Source: Minisyncoccota bacterium (GTDB taxonomy: Bacteria; Patescibacteriota; Minisyncoccia; Phycocordibacterales; VMEP01). Taken from it: DNA of 64,000 nt. Made by a program: the position numbers and the translations under genes. Every line of letters starts with the position of its first letter. Position 1 is the first letter of the stretch. The stretch spans positions 5,103-69,102 of the forward strand of contig JBAZUR010000003.1 in the NCBI GenBank assembly GCA_041661305.1, written 5' to 3'. This document shows, piece by piece, positions 26,898 through 35,776 of this stretch. The notes beneath the pieces were generated by a model. It did no database searches. It saw nothing but the letters and a program-made list of their open reading frames with translations, and had not been told where the DNA came from.

Positions 26898-28616
26898 ATG
26901 ACTCAAGACGAGGCGCTTAATATTTTGAAGACCGGAGCGAATGTTTTCTTGACTGGTGAGCCTGGGAGCGGTAAGACTCACACTGTGAATGAATACGTGA
27001 ACTATTTACACTCATATAATATTGAGCCGGCGATTACTGCCTCAACCGGAATCGCTGCCACACATATCGGAGGAATGACTATCCACTCATGGAGCGGTAT
27101 TGGAATAAAAAACAAACTTGATAAATATGATTTGGATAAAATTGCAGGGAGTGAATATGTAAGTAAGCGTCTTCGTCGAACAAAGATTTTGATTATCGAC
27201 GAAGTTTCGATGCTTTCGGCTGAGACATTAACAATGGTTGATGCAGTCTGTCGTGAAGTTAAACAAAACGCAGAACCGTTTGGCGGTTTACAGGTTGTTT
27301 TTGTCGGAGATTTTTTTCAGCTTCCACCAATAGTTAAAACAGAGAGGGGAGATAATTATCAAGATACGCTTATGGAGTCCCCAGTCGCACGCTTTGCTTG
27401 TGACTCTTCGGCGTGGGAACGGGCGAAGCCGATTGTTTGCTACCTCACGGAACAACACAGACAGGACGACAAAATTTTTCTTTCTATTTTATCTTCCATT
27501 CGAACAAATGATTTTAATGAGGACCATATGGTTCATATTGAAAAAAGAAAAATTGCACATACCTCTGCCCCAGCGGGTATCCCAAAACTTTTTTCACATA
27601 ACGCTGATGTTGATCGTGTGAACGATGACACTCTTTCGAAAATAGAAAGTGAAATACGGGTTTTTGAAATGGCGTCGCAAGGAGCGCCAGCATTAGTCGC
27701 CGGTCTCATAAAAGGATGCTTATCTCCAGAAAAATTAACCCTTAAGGTTGGCGCTTCTGTAATGTTCACAAAAAATAATCCAAGAGAAGGATTTGTTAAT
27801 GGCACGCTTGGTACGGTTGTTGGGTTTGGAAGTACGAGTGGACACCCTCTTGTTAAAACTGTAAACGGGGCAACCATTGAAACAGCGCCACTTGAATGGG
27901 CTGTTGAAGAAAACGGGGTTATAAGAGCAAGGATTACACAAGTGCCACTTAGGCTCGCTTGGGCGATTACAGTGCACAAAAGCCAAGGAATGAGCTTAGA
28001 CGCGGCTGTAATGGACTTATCTTCTGTTTTCGAGTTTGGGCAAGGATATGTTGCTCTTTCTCGAGTGAGAAGACTTTCCGGGCTACACCTTATTGGTTGG
28101 AATGCCCGTACTTTTCAGGTGCACCCTGAAATTTTGGATAAAGATGAATCGTTTAGATTTTTGTCAGACGAGGCTGTTGATGGTTTTGAAAAAATTCCAA
28201 AAGATGAGCTTTTAAAGATGCATAAAAATTTTATTGACGCTTGTGGGGGAAAATTTGTCGGAGCTGTAAAAAGGGAGAGCGCCATTTTCGGCGGTAAGGC
28301 GCGGAAAAAGAAAGGACCATCAACGTATGAAGAAACACTCGAGTGTTTTAAAAAAGGAGAGAGTCTCAAAGAAATTGCAAAAAAACGCAAATTAACAGAA
28401 GCGACAATTCTTTCTCACGTTGAAAAATTACATGGAGAAAAAAAGATTTTAAATAAAGATATTGAAGGAATTCTTTCTTCGTTGGTGAGGAAAAATTTAT
28501 CTGAAATAAAAAAAGAGTTTAAAAAAAGCGACGACTGGAAACTAACTCCCGTCTTTGAAAAGTTTAAAGGTAAATATTCTTTTGAAGACCTCCGTTTAGT
28601 GAGAATGCTTTTGTAA
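26898..28616 (+). CDS. PIF1/RecD-like superfamily-1 DNA helicase with ~120-aa C-terminal extension
   Basis: Walker A TGEPGSGKTHTV, ILIIDEVSM, FVGDFFQLPPI, ITVHKSQGMSLD. Confidence 0.75.
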   Translation: MTQDEALNILKTGANVFLTGEPGSGKTHTVNEYVNYLHSYNIEPAITASTGIAATHIGGMTIHSWSGIGIKNKLDKYDLDKIAGSEYVSKRLRRTKILIIDEVSMLSAETLTMVDAVCREVKQNAEPFGGLQVVFVGDFFQLPPIVKTERGDNYQDTLMESPVARFACDSSAWERAKPIVCYLTEQHRQDDKIFLSILSSIRTNDFNEDHMVHIEKRKIAHTSAPAGIPKLFSHNADVDRVNDDTLSKIESEIRVFEMASQGAPALVAGLIKGCLSPEKLTLKVGASVMFTKNNPREGFVNGTLGTVVGFGSTSGHPLVKTVNGATIETAPLEWAVEENGVIRARITQVPLRLAWAITVHKSQGMSLDAAVMDLSSVFEFGQGYVALSRVRRLSGLHLIGWNARTFQVHPEILDKDESFRFLSDEAVDGFEKIPKDELLKMHKNFIDACGGKFVGAVKRESAIFGGKARKKKGPSTYEETLECFKKGESLKEIAKKRKLTEATILSHVEKLHGEKKILNKDIEGILSSLVRKNLSEIKKEFKKSDDWKLTPVFEKFKGKYSFEDLRLVRMLL

Positions 28617-28705
28617 AATGGTGCCTACTTATATGTGGCGCTGTTTTTTCGCTCTTGGTATAATATCCCTTGAAACAAATTAATAATTAGTAATTAAACA
28701 AACAT

Positions 28706-29158
28706 ATGATGGAAGGAAAATGTGAAGGTATGTGTGGAAAAGGGCACTGTTTCTGTAAGGTTGCGATTCGTGTATTTATCGCAGCGCTATTTATTTACGC
28801 CGGTTACGGGAAGTTGACTGGTATTGAAGGTACAGCAGGTTACATCGCAAGTGCCGGACTACCATACCCATTATTTTTGGCATGGGCAGCTGGCTTGCTT
28901 GAAGTGATTGCTGGAGTCCTTCTTGTTATTGGCTCTTGGGGTAAGCGCTGTGCAGCCTGGGCTTTAATAGGTTTTACGGTTGTTGCAACTTATTTCTTCC
29001 ATCTTAAGGGATGGTTTGCTGGTGACGCTGGTCAGATGGTTTCAGTTTTGAAAAACTTGGCAATCGTTGGCGGACTTCTAATGCTTTCTGGATGTCCACG
29101 TTGTGAGTCATCTCGCTGTGAAGCATGCGCAGGTGGAAAGTGTGATGTTCATAACTAA
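28706..29158 (+). CDS. DoxX family membrane protein with Cys-rich N- and C-terminal tails
   Basis: DoxX core (YAGYGKL, four transmembrane segments). N-terminus CEGMCGKGHCFC and C-terminus CPRCESSRCEACAGGKC. Confidence 0.6.
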   Translation: MMEGKCEGMCGKGHCFCKVAIRVFIAALFIYAGYGKLTGIEGTAGYIASAGLPYPLFLAWAAGLLEVIAGVLLVIGSWGKRCAAWALIGFTVVATYFFHLKGWFAGDAGQMVSVLKNLAIVGGLLMLSGCPRCESSRCEACAGGKCDVHN

Positions 29159-29237
29159 TTCAAGATAAACAAATAAACAAAAACACCACAAATGTGGTGT
29201 TTTTGTTTTTATCTCTGATTTTGCTATTATTGCAAAT

Positions 29238-29990
29238 ATGAATGAAGAAAATATCGGTAGTGTTCCGACTAAAACACGAAAAGAAGAACGCCGTGAGGCC
29301 GATAAGGCGAAAGAAAATAGTAGGATTATTAGACAAGTGATTACTTGGGGTATTACGGTGTTTGTAATTATTGGAGCAACTGCGGGAATTGTTTGGTCTG
29401 TAAAAAATGGTGGAGCGGGAACTGGTGGGGCAGAAACTACAAGCGCAATTACTGCTAATGATTGGGTTAGGGGAAGCGAAACAGCGACATTAGAGCTAGT
29501 TGAGTATAGCGATTTCCAATGTCCAGCATGTGCGCTATATCATCCAATCGTCAAAAAACTAGTTGAAGAAGACTTTAAAGGTAAAGTTAAGTTCTCCTAT
29601 CGCCATTTTCCTTTGATTGAAATTCATCCAACCTCTGTTCTTTCGGCTGTTGCCTCTGAAGCAGCAGGAAAGCAGGGTAAATTTTGGCAGATGCACGATA
29701 AGCTTTTTGAAAACCAAACAACTTGGGGGAGTAATCCAAAAGCACGTGAGATATTTATCGATTATGCAGAAGAGCTTGGTTTAGATGTTGCGAAGTTTAC
29801 TGCTGACCTAGACTCAAAAGAACTAAAGGACAAGATAGTCGATGCTTACAAGAGTTCTATTAGAATGGGATTGAATTCGACTCCAACATTTTTTATTAAT
29901 GGTAAAAAAATACAAAACCCACAAAGTTATGAAGCTTTTAGAGATCTTCTCAATCAAACAATCACAGCTACAACAACAAGTAATTCCTAA
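29238..29990 (+). CDS. DsbA-family thiol:disulfide oxidoreductase (membrane-anchored)
   Basis: CxxC motif FQCPACALYHP within a thioredoxin fold. N-terminal transmembrane anchor. Confidence 0.75.
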   Translation: MNEENIGSVPTKTRKEERREADKAKENSRIIRQVITWGITVFVIIGATAGIVWSVKNGGAGTGGAETTSAITANDWVRGSETATLELVEYSDFQCPACALYHPIVKKLVEEDFKGKVKFSYRHFPLIEIHPTSVLSAVASEAAGKQGKFWQMHDKLFENQTTWGSNPKAREIFIDYAEELGLDVAKFTADLDSKELKDKIVDAYKSSIRMGLNSTPTFFINGKKIQNPQSYEAFRDLLNQTITATTTSNS

Positions 29991-30420
29991 TATTTTTCTT
30001 TTAGGTATTGGTCTTGTTGGTTTTATCGGCTTTTTAGATTCGGTATACCTTACGGCGAAGCGTTTTCTTGGCGGACCAATTCCATGTTTTGTTTTTACTG
30101 GGTGCGATACTGTTGCTCAAAGCCCGTACGCAGTAATTTTGGGTGTTCCACTTTCGGTTATAGGGATACTTTATTACCTCACCATTATTCTAATCGCTTT
30201 GTTTTATTTTGAGACTAAAAAAGTAGAGTTAATTAAATTATTTTCTGCTTTATCTGTAGTTGGGTTTATTGCTTCTATTTATTTTCTTTACCTTCAAGCC
30301 TTTGTTATTAACGCTTTTTGCTTCTACTGCATCCTTTCGGCGATTACATCAACGACACTTTTTGCTTTTGGCGTTATAATGTGGAAACGTTATCTTTCGG
30401 GTAGCGGAGAAACAGCTTAA
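29929..30420 (+). CDS. Vitamin K epoxide reductase (VKOR) family protein
   Basis: TGCDTVAQSPYA and CFYC motifs. Forms a disulfide-bond formation module with the upstream DsbA. Start is uncertain and overlaps the dsbA end. Confidence 0.65.
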   Translation: MKLLEIFSIKQSQLQQQVIPNIFLLGIGLVGFIGFLDSVYLTAKRFLGGPIPCFVFTGCDTVAQSPYAVILGVPLSVIGILYYLTIILIALFYFETKKVELIKLFSALSVVGFIASIYFLYLQAFVINAFCFYCILSAITSTTLFAFGVIMWKRYLSGSGETA

Positions 30421-30453
30421 TAATTTTAATTTAATAATCTAACAAAAATTACT

Positions 30454-31278
30454 ATGGATAACACAAATGAGGTTGAGATGATGAAAAAAATAAAAACACG
30501 TCTATTTTCAATAGGGCAAATAGCAGGTGTTTTAGTTGTTGTTTACTTAATGGGTCAGACAATGTCGGTTTTTAAGGAGTACAAATACATTGGTGCTGGA
30601 GTTCAGCCAGGAAGCGTAATTTCAGTATCAGGAAACGGAGAAGTTTTTGCAGTTCCAGATATTGCTACTATTACTTTTTCTGCAACCAAGGAAGCAAAGA
30701 CAATGGATGTTGCTCAAAAAGACGTCACTACTCGCATAAGTGCAGCAGTTGATTTCTTGAAAAAATCAGGTGTTCAAGATAAGGATATAAAGACAACCAA
30801 CTATAACGCCTATCCTAAATACGATTACCAGAGACCTTCAGCAGAAATGTGTGTTGCTGGAAACTGTCAGCCAGGGAAACAAGTTCTTATTGGATACGAA
30901 GTTTCAGAAACAATAAGTGTCAAAATACGAAACACAGATGATACGGGGAAGATTGTTGAAGGTTTGGGTAAATTATCAGTAAGTGATATTTCTGGACCAA
31001 ACTTTGCAATTGATGACGAAGACGCTCTAAAAGCAGAAGCTCGAAAGAAAGCCATCGATGACGCGAAGACAAAAGCGGACATTTTGGCAAAAGAGCTCGG
31101 GGTTAGATTGGTAAGAGTTGTTAGCTTTAATGAAAACAATGGTGGGTACCCAATTTATTACGCTAAGGCTACGATGGGTATGGGTGGTGCTTTAGAGTCA
31201 GATGCCGTTGCTCCTAGAATAGAAAAGGGAGAAAACAAAATTTCGGTTGACGTAAACATCTCATACGAGATTAGGTAA
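30454..31278 (+). CDS. SIMPL/DUF541 (BP26-like) periplasmic protein
   Basis: ISVSGNGEVFAVPDIATITFSA....TTNYNAYPKYDY. Confidence 0.65.
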   Translation: MDNTNEVEMMKKIKTRLFSIGQIAGVLVVVYLMGQTMSVFKEYKYIGAGVQPGSVISVSGNGEVFAVPDIATITFSATKEAKTMDVAQKDVTTRISAAVDFLKKSGVQDKDIKTTNYNAYPKYDYQRPSAEMCVAGNCQPGKQVLIGYEVSETISVKIRNTDDTGKIVEGLGKLSVSDISGPNFAIDDEDALKAEARKKAIDDAKTKADILAKELGVRLVRVVSFNENNGGYPIYYAKATMGMGGALESDAVAPRIEKGENKISVDVNISYEIR

Positions 31279-31300
31279 AAAATTAAAAAAGCCGACAAAA

Positions 31301-31326
31301 AACCAAGGAAATCTCCTTGGTTTTTT
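31301..31326 (+). terminator. Terminator (aaccaaggaaatctccttggtt + T-run)
   Basis: Inverted repeat plus T-run. Confidence 0.7.
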
Positions 31327-31355
31327 GTTTTCTTGCCCCTATATCCACATTTTGC

Positions 31356-31469
31356 TCTTAAAAACATTGCGCAGGCTGGCGAGCCGAGCATATGATTTAG
31401 GCGAAATCATGTCGCGCGCCCGTCCATTAACGCGCGACTCTTTCAGTAGGCGGATATGCGCGTTTTTAA
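31356..31469. repeat. Copy 1 of a two-copy GC-rich intergenic element with 8-bp terminal inverted repeats TTAAAAAC/GTTTTTAA (miniature inverted-repeat-like, or a small structured RNA)
   Basis: The 5' ~38 nt and the 3' 22 nt (aggcggatatgcgcgtttttaa) are shared with 63808-63878. The internal part has hairpins (atgattt/aaatcat and gtcgcgcg/cgcgcgac). Confidence 0.55.
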
Positions 31470-31488
31470 GGGCAAAATAAAAGAGACA

Positions 31489-31517
31489 TTGACCTTCTGG
31501 GTGATAAGCGGTAGAGT
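31489..31517 (+). promoter_or_regulatory. Sigma-70-like promoter (TTGACC - 17 nt - TAGAGT) upstream of secE, followed by a short GC hairpin plus T-run in the leader
   Basis: Near-consensus -35 and -10 hexamers with a 17-nt spacer. A gcccgagggggc + ttttt hairpin lies at 31527-31544. Confidence 0.45.
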
Positions 31518-31555
31518 AGTGCAAATGCCCGAGGGGGCGTTTTTAACTAAAAGCT

Positions 31556-31738
31556 ATGAAATTATTTGATTACTTAAAGGAAACACAAGGTGAAATGAAG
31601 CATGTTAATTGGCCAACCAAGTCTCAGACTGTTGCTTTTACTATTGTTGTTATCCTAATCTCGGTTGCTGTCGGGTATGGTCTTGGAGCGTTTGATTTTG
31701 GTTTCACTTTTTTGTTAAAGACTTTTATTCTCCAATAA
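31556..31738 (+). CDS. secE: Preprotein translocase subunit SecE
   Basis: 60 aa with a single C-terminal transmembrane segment, immediately upstream of nusG. Confidence 0.75.
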   Translation: MKLFDYLKETQGEMKHVNWPTKSQTVAFTIVVILISVAVGYGLGAFDFGFTFLLKTFILQ

Positions 31739-31739
31739 C

Positions 31740-32285
31740 ATGGCCAAGCAAGAAATAAATCTAGATAGAAGTTGGTACGCAATACACACGTACGCAGGAT
31801 ATGAAAACGCAGTGATGCGTAACTTAAAGCAACGCGTGGAATCGCTTGGAATGGAAGACAAGATTTTTAATATCATTGTTCCTATTGAAAAGAAAATAAA
31901 AATAAAAGGAGGGAAGCGTGTTGAGACAGAAGAAAAAATATACCCCGGATATGTTCTCGTGGACATGGTTGTAACAGATGATTCTTGGTATGTAGTGCGT
32001 AACACTCCGCGAGTGACAGGATTCGTTGGTGCAGGAACAACTCCAGTGCCACTTGATAAGGCAGAAGTTGATGGGTTGTTTGCTCGCATGAAATCTGATA
32101 CGGTGAAGCACACGATTACCTTAACCCAAGGGGAAATGGTCATTATCACCGACGGACCATTTAAAGAGCTCGAAGGGCGTGTTTCAGAGGTTGACGGTGA
32201 GCGCGGTAAGGTTAAGGTTCTTGTTTCAATGTTCGGTCGCGAAACCCCAGTAGAACTTGATTTCCTTCAGGTAAAGAAAATATAA
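31740..32285 (+). CDS. nusG: Transcription termination/antitermination factor NusG
   Basis: [17 protein letters not shown] domain and C-terminal KOW ([22 protein letters not shown]). Confidence 0.85.
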   Translation: MAKQEINLDRSWYAIHTYAGYENAVMRNLKQRVESLGMEDKIFNIIVPIEKKIKIKGGKRVETEEKIYPGYVLVDMVVTDDSWYVVRNTPRVTGFVGAGTTPVPLDKAEVDGLFARMKSDTVKHTITLTQGEMVIITDGPFKELEGRVSEVDGERGKVKVLVSMFGRETPVELDFLQVKKI

Positions 32286-32295
32286 ATAAAATTGT

Positions 32296-32718
32296 ATGGC
32301 AAAAAAAATAACAAAAAAAATAAAGTTACAAATTGCAGCTGGTAAAGCAACCCCAGCGCCACCACTTGGACCCGCCTTGGGACAGGCTGGAGTTAATATT
32401 GGAGATTTCGTTAATAAATTTAACGACGCAACCAAAGCAAACGTAGGAGAAAAAGTTTCAGTTGTCGTACGTGTTTACGAAGACCGAACATTCGATTTCG
32501 TTGTTAAGACTCCTCCTGCAACAGGACTTATCTTAAGCGCAGCTGGTGTTGAAAAAGGTTCCGGCAAGCAGGCAGTAACAAAAGCTGGAAAGATTACAAA
32601 ACAGCAATTGCGTGAAATCGCCGAGAAAAAGATGTCAGATTTGACTGCAAACGATATCGAGGCAGCAATGAAGATAATCGAAGGTTCAGCACGTTCTGCT
32701 GGAATCGAAGTTAAGTAA
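32296..32718 (+). CDS. rplK: 50S ribosomal protein L11
   Basis: [34 protein letters not shown]. Confidence 0.9.
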   Translation: MAKKITKKIKLQIAAGKATPAPPLGPALGQAGVNIGDFVNKFNDATKANVGEKVSVVVRVYEDRTFDFVVKTPPATGLILSAAGVEKGSGKQAVTKAGKITKQQLREIAEKKMSDLTANDIEAAMKIIEGSARSAGIEVK

Positions 32719-32734
32719 TAATAGATTTTTAAGT

Positions 32735-32768
32735 AAAGACCGCTAAAAATAGCGGTCTTTACTTTTTG
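32735..32768 (+). terminator. Terminator (aaagaccgctaaaaatagcggtcttt + T-run)
   Basis: Inverted repeat plus T-run. Confidence 0.75.
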
Positions 32769-32836
32769 TTTCAAAGAGTATAGTTTTGTCGTAGAAGGTT
32801 CCTGTAATTTTTCAATTTTTCGAGGAGGTATATCAA

Positions 32837-33661
32837 ATGGCAAAGAGTTTTGATGAGATTTCAGTCCGCGTTCTCGCGAGCACCAAGGTTGACCGTGAAG
32901 CGGTTCGTGCATGGCTTGACGAGATGGGGGCCGATGAATTTGAAATCCCCACCGAAGATGCCGTTTCTGAGCCGGCGCTTCTTGTGGCACTTGCCGCTAA
33001 GCAATGCTACATGGCTTTCCAGCCCGGGCTCAACCCGAACGTCAACAAGGTTCGCAAGGATATGGTCGAGTATCTCGACAACGTTCTTGCGCAACGGCAC
33101 GGATCTGTACTTGAGCACTGTGTTTTCACTTTCGGTATCAACGGCTGTTCCAGGGTTTTCACTGGCGAGATGAATCGCCATCGCGCCGGTGTCGGTATTT
33201 CGGAACGGAGCATGCGATACATCCGTTATACCAACGTCCGTTTTTGGATGCCCGAGTGTTTTCGCGATGAGTCGGAAGACACGGAGAAGCTCCTTCGCAA
33301 GAAGCTGCTGAGCCGCGAGCTTCTCACCAAGGCTTTCGAGGGCGACGAGGAGATGATGGCAACGTTCGCCGACATCTGGAAGGAAGAGTTGTCGCCCGAG
33401 AGTACGTTCCATGCGAAGAAGGTTCTCACCTCGGCGTTTCGGCGTGGTATTGGCATGGGGATTGCCACTGGCGGTGTTTGGTCGCTTAACTTGCGCGCCC
33501 TTCGGCACGTGATCGCTTTGCGTACCGATGCTGGCGCCGAAGAAGAGATCGTCCACGTCTTCAAGAAAGTGGGCAAGATCATGATCGCCCAGGTGCCGGA
33601 ACTCTTCGGTGACTTCAAGGAAGTTGATGGGTCTCTCGTTCCGGAATACTGGAAGGTGTGA
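32837..33661 (+). CDS. thyX: FAD-dependent thymidylate synthase ThyX (GC-rich gene)
   Basis: ThyX signature RHRAGVGISERSMRY (RHR...S.RY) and VLEHCVFTFGINGCSRVFTGE. GC content is visibly higher than in flanking genes. Confidence 0.75.
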   Translation: MAKSFDEISVRVLASTKVDREAVRAWLDEMGADEFEIPTEDAVSEPALLVALAAKQCYMAFQPGLNPNVNKVRKDMVEYLDNVLAQRHGSVLEHCVFTFGINGCSRVFTGEMNRHRAGVGISERSMRYIRYTNVRFWMPECFRDESEDTEKLLRKKLLSRELLTKAFEGDEEMMATFADIWKEELSPESTFHAKKVLTSAFRRGIGMGIATGGVWSLNLRALRHVIALRTDAGAEEEIVHVFKKVGKIMIAQVPELFGDFKEVDGSLVPEYWKV

Positions 33662-33677
33662 TTTCGCTTGTTTGATC

Positions 33678-33711
33678 AAAAGCGGTGGCATTTGCCACCG
33701 CTTTCTTTTTT
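33678..33711 (+). terminator. Terminator (aaagcggtggcatttgccaccgcttt + T-run)
   Basis: Inverted repeat plus T-run. Confidence 0.75.
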
Positions 33712-33765
33712 ATGCACTACATGGTAAAAGTTTATTAGTTCAATTACACAGAGGGGTTCTTTCCA

Positions 33766-34871
33766 TGAATAAGGCTCAAGGCGCGCTTCCGCGCCAAAAG
33801 ATTCGCGAAATGATTGATTCCGGGATGATCACCTCTGTCACGAGAGAAGAGTTGATAAACCCAGCGTCACTTGATTTAACGCTGTCCGAAGAGGCGTTCA
33901 GGGTGACTGGTGTTTTTTTGCCGAGGCCAGGAGAAAAAGTTCGTGACCTGATAAGTCATCTGAATGTTTCGGTTCACGATCTTTCTAACCCAATGGAATG
34001 CGGAGTCTTATATCTTGTCCGCCTTGAACAGTATTTTCATTTGCCGACAATGGTCTACTCGTACTGCAACCCAAAGTCGACCACCGGCAGAAACGACCTG
34101 CATGTCAGGGTCATGGCCGATGGGGTTCCAAGTTTTGACGCAATGGCACCAGGTGGTTTTTGTGGTGAAGCCTGGGTACTCATCACTCCGAAATCTTTCC
34201 CGGTGATTCTTCCGGCGGGGGAGGCGGTTTGTCAGGCGCGTTTCTTTTTTTCCGACACACGCCTTTCGGAGTTTGAGCTCCAGAATCAGTTTGCGAGGCA
34301 TCAGCTACTTTATCATTTGGACGGCCGGCCGTATGAGTATAGCGAGATGCAAGTTCGCTACAACGACGGCTCAATCGTTCTAACACTCGATCTTTCCCAA
34401 GAAGTTGTTGGGTACGTGTGTCGTGGGTCAGGCAGTATTCTCGATTTCTCGAAAGGGAAAGCCTCGCATGATTCGGCAGATTTTTTTGAGCCAATTTATA
34501 GGCCAAAAAACGGCTATCTGCATTTGCGGCAGGGGTCTTTTCTTATCCTCTCAACCGCAGAGGCAATACACGTTCCGCCAGAGTTTGCTTGCGAAATGCG
34601 CGACATGGATTCACGAAACGGTGATTTCCGTGCGCACTACGCGGGGTACATCGATTGCGGATGGGGGCACGGAAAAGATGGCGAAGGAAAAGGGCGACCG
34701 CTTACTTTGGAAGTTCGTCCGTTTGAAGACCTCTTCGTTCGGCACGGACAACCGATAGCCAGAATCCGTTTCGAGCAAATGGCAGAAATGCCCGACCAGC
34801 ATTACGACAGCAAGCCGGTTTCAAATTACACAGTGCAGTCTGGGCCTAAACTCTCCAAGCACTTTAAATAA
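33766..34871 (+). CDS. dCTP deaminase/dUTPase-superfamily protein, apparently double-length (GC-rich)
   Basis: GYIDCGWGHG resembles the G.IDPGY.G motif of the trimeric dCTP deaminase/dUTPase fold. At about 368 aa it is roughly twice the normal length. Confidence 0.5.
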
Positions 34872-34880
34872 TAGTGATTC

Positions 34881-34915
34881 ACCACCGCACCCTAAAGGTG
34901 CGGTGGCTTTCTTTT
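34881..34915 (+). terminator. Terminator (accaccgcaccctaaaggtgcggtggc + T-run)
   Basis: Inverted repeat plus T-run. Confidence 0.75.
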
Positions 34916-34978
34916 ATATTTTGAAAGTGTTAGTTTTGTAATAGAAATTTTGTTTTTTCAATCAGGAGGAGTGCAAAA

Positions 34979-35641
34979 ATGAATCCTATTTATTGCGTTT
35001 TTGATGGACTGGATGGTTCAGGCAAGGGTCTTCAGCTGGATCTCCTCAGGGAACGTCTTGATCGCCACGGTATTCATAATGGCGAGCGGGTTGTTTTTAC
35101 TCGAGAACCTGGGGGAACGCCACTTGCGGAGGTAATTCGCGAGGTAATTCTCGGCCCACTCGCGAAGGAATCAACACCATTCAACAACATGCTCCTCTTT
35201 CTTGCCGCTCGTGAAGAGCTCATGAGAAAACTGGTGTTTCCGGCAATTTTGGCCGGAAAGTCAGTAATTTCTGACCGTGGTGATTCTTCCACTTTCGCTT
35301 TCCAGATTTACGGCGAGGAGAGGTTTGCACTGGAGGAGAGGTTTTGGCGGTTGCGCGAAGATATTTTTCGCCATTCGCCACTGCGCTCTAACGGTCCCGA
35401 CATTTACGTGTTTTTTGACCTTCCGCCCCTGGTTGCATATCAACGGATGGCGGGCGATTCGGCTCGCACGAAGACCCATTTCGACCTACGTCCGATTGAA
35501 TATCATGAGCGTGTTCGTGATGGGTTTAGTGATTTTGCGAGGCAATGTAGTACGGCAGTTATTGTCGACGCCAACCGAAAACCCGAAGAAGTTCACGAAG
35601 AGGTCTGGAGTATTGTTTCGGAAGAGCTTGGTTTGGCCTAG
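34979..35641 (+). CDS. tmk: Thymidylate kinase (GC-rich)
   Basis: P-loop FDGLDGSGKG, REPGGTPLAE, lid region. Confidence 0.8.
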   Translation: MNPIYCVFDGLDGSGKGLQLDLLRERLDRHGIHNGERVVFTREPGGTPLAEVIREVILGPLAKESTPFNNMLLFLAAREELMRKLVFPAILAGKSVISDRGDSSTFAFQIYGEERFALEERFWRLREDIFRHSPLRSNGPDIYVFFDLPPLVAYQRMAGDSARTKTHFDLRPIEYHERVRDGFSDFARQCSTAVIVDANRKPEEVHEEVWSIVSEELGLA

Positions 35642-35654
35642 AAGACAACCAAGT

Positions 35655-35692
35655 AAAAATCCGTGTTTGCCAGCTGGCGACACGGATTTTTT
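35655..35692 (+). terminator. Terminator (aaaaatccgtgt...acacggatttttt)
   Basis: Inverted repeat plus T-run. Confidence 0.7.
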
Positions 35693-35776
35693 CATGAAAT
35701 ATAATAATGTTTTGAATACACGTAAACAAAAAAAACACCGATTCTTAAAAACAATTAGTCATGCTAGAATCGCCTT

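Noticed and set aside
32850-33691. ORFs 32850-33173(+), 32861-33691(-, 276 aa) and 33226-33618(-) overlapping thyX
   Set aside because: thyX carries the diagnostic RHR...S.RY motif. The others are frame-shifted or antisense readings through the same GC-rich DNA.
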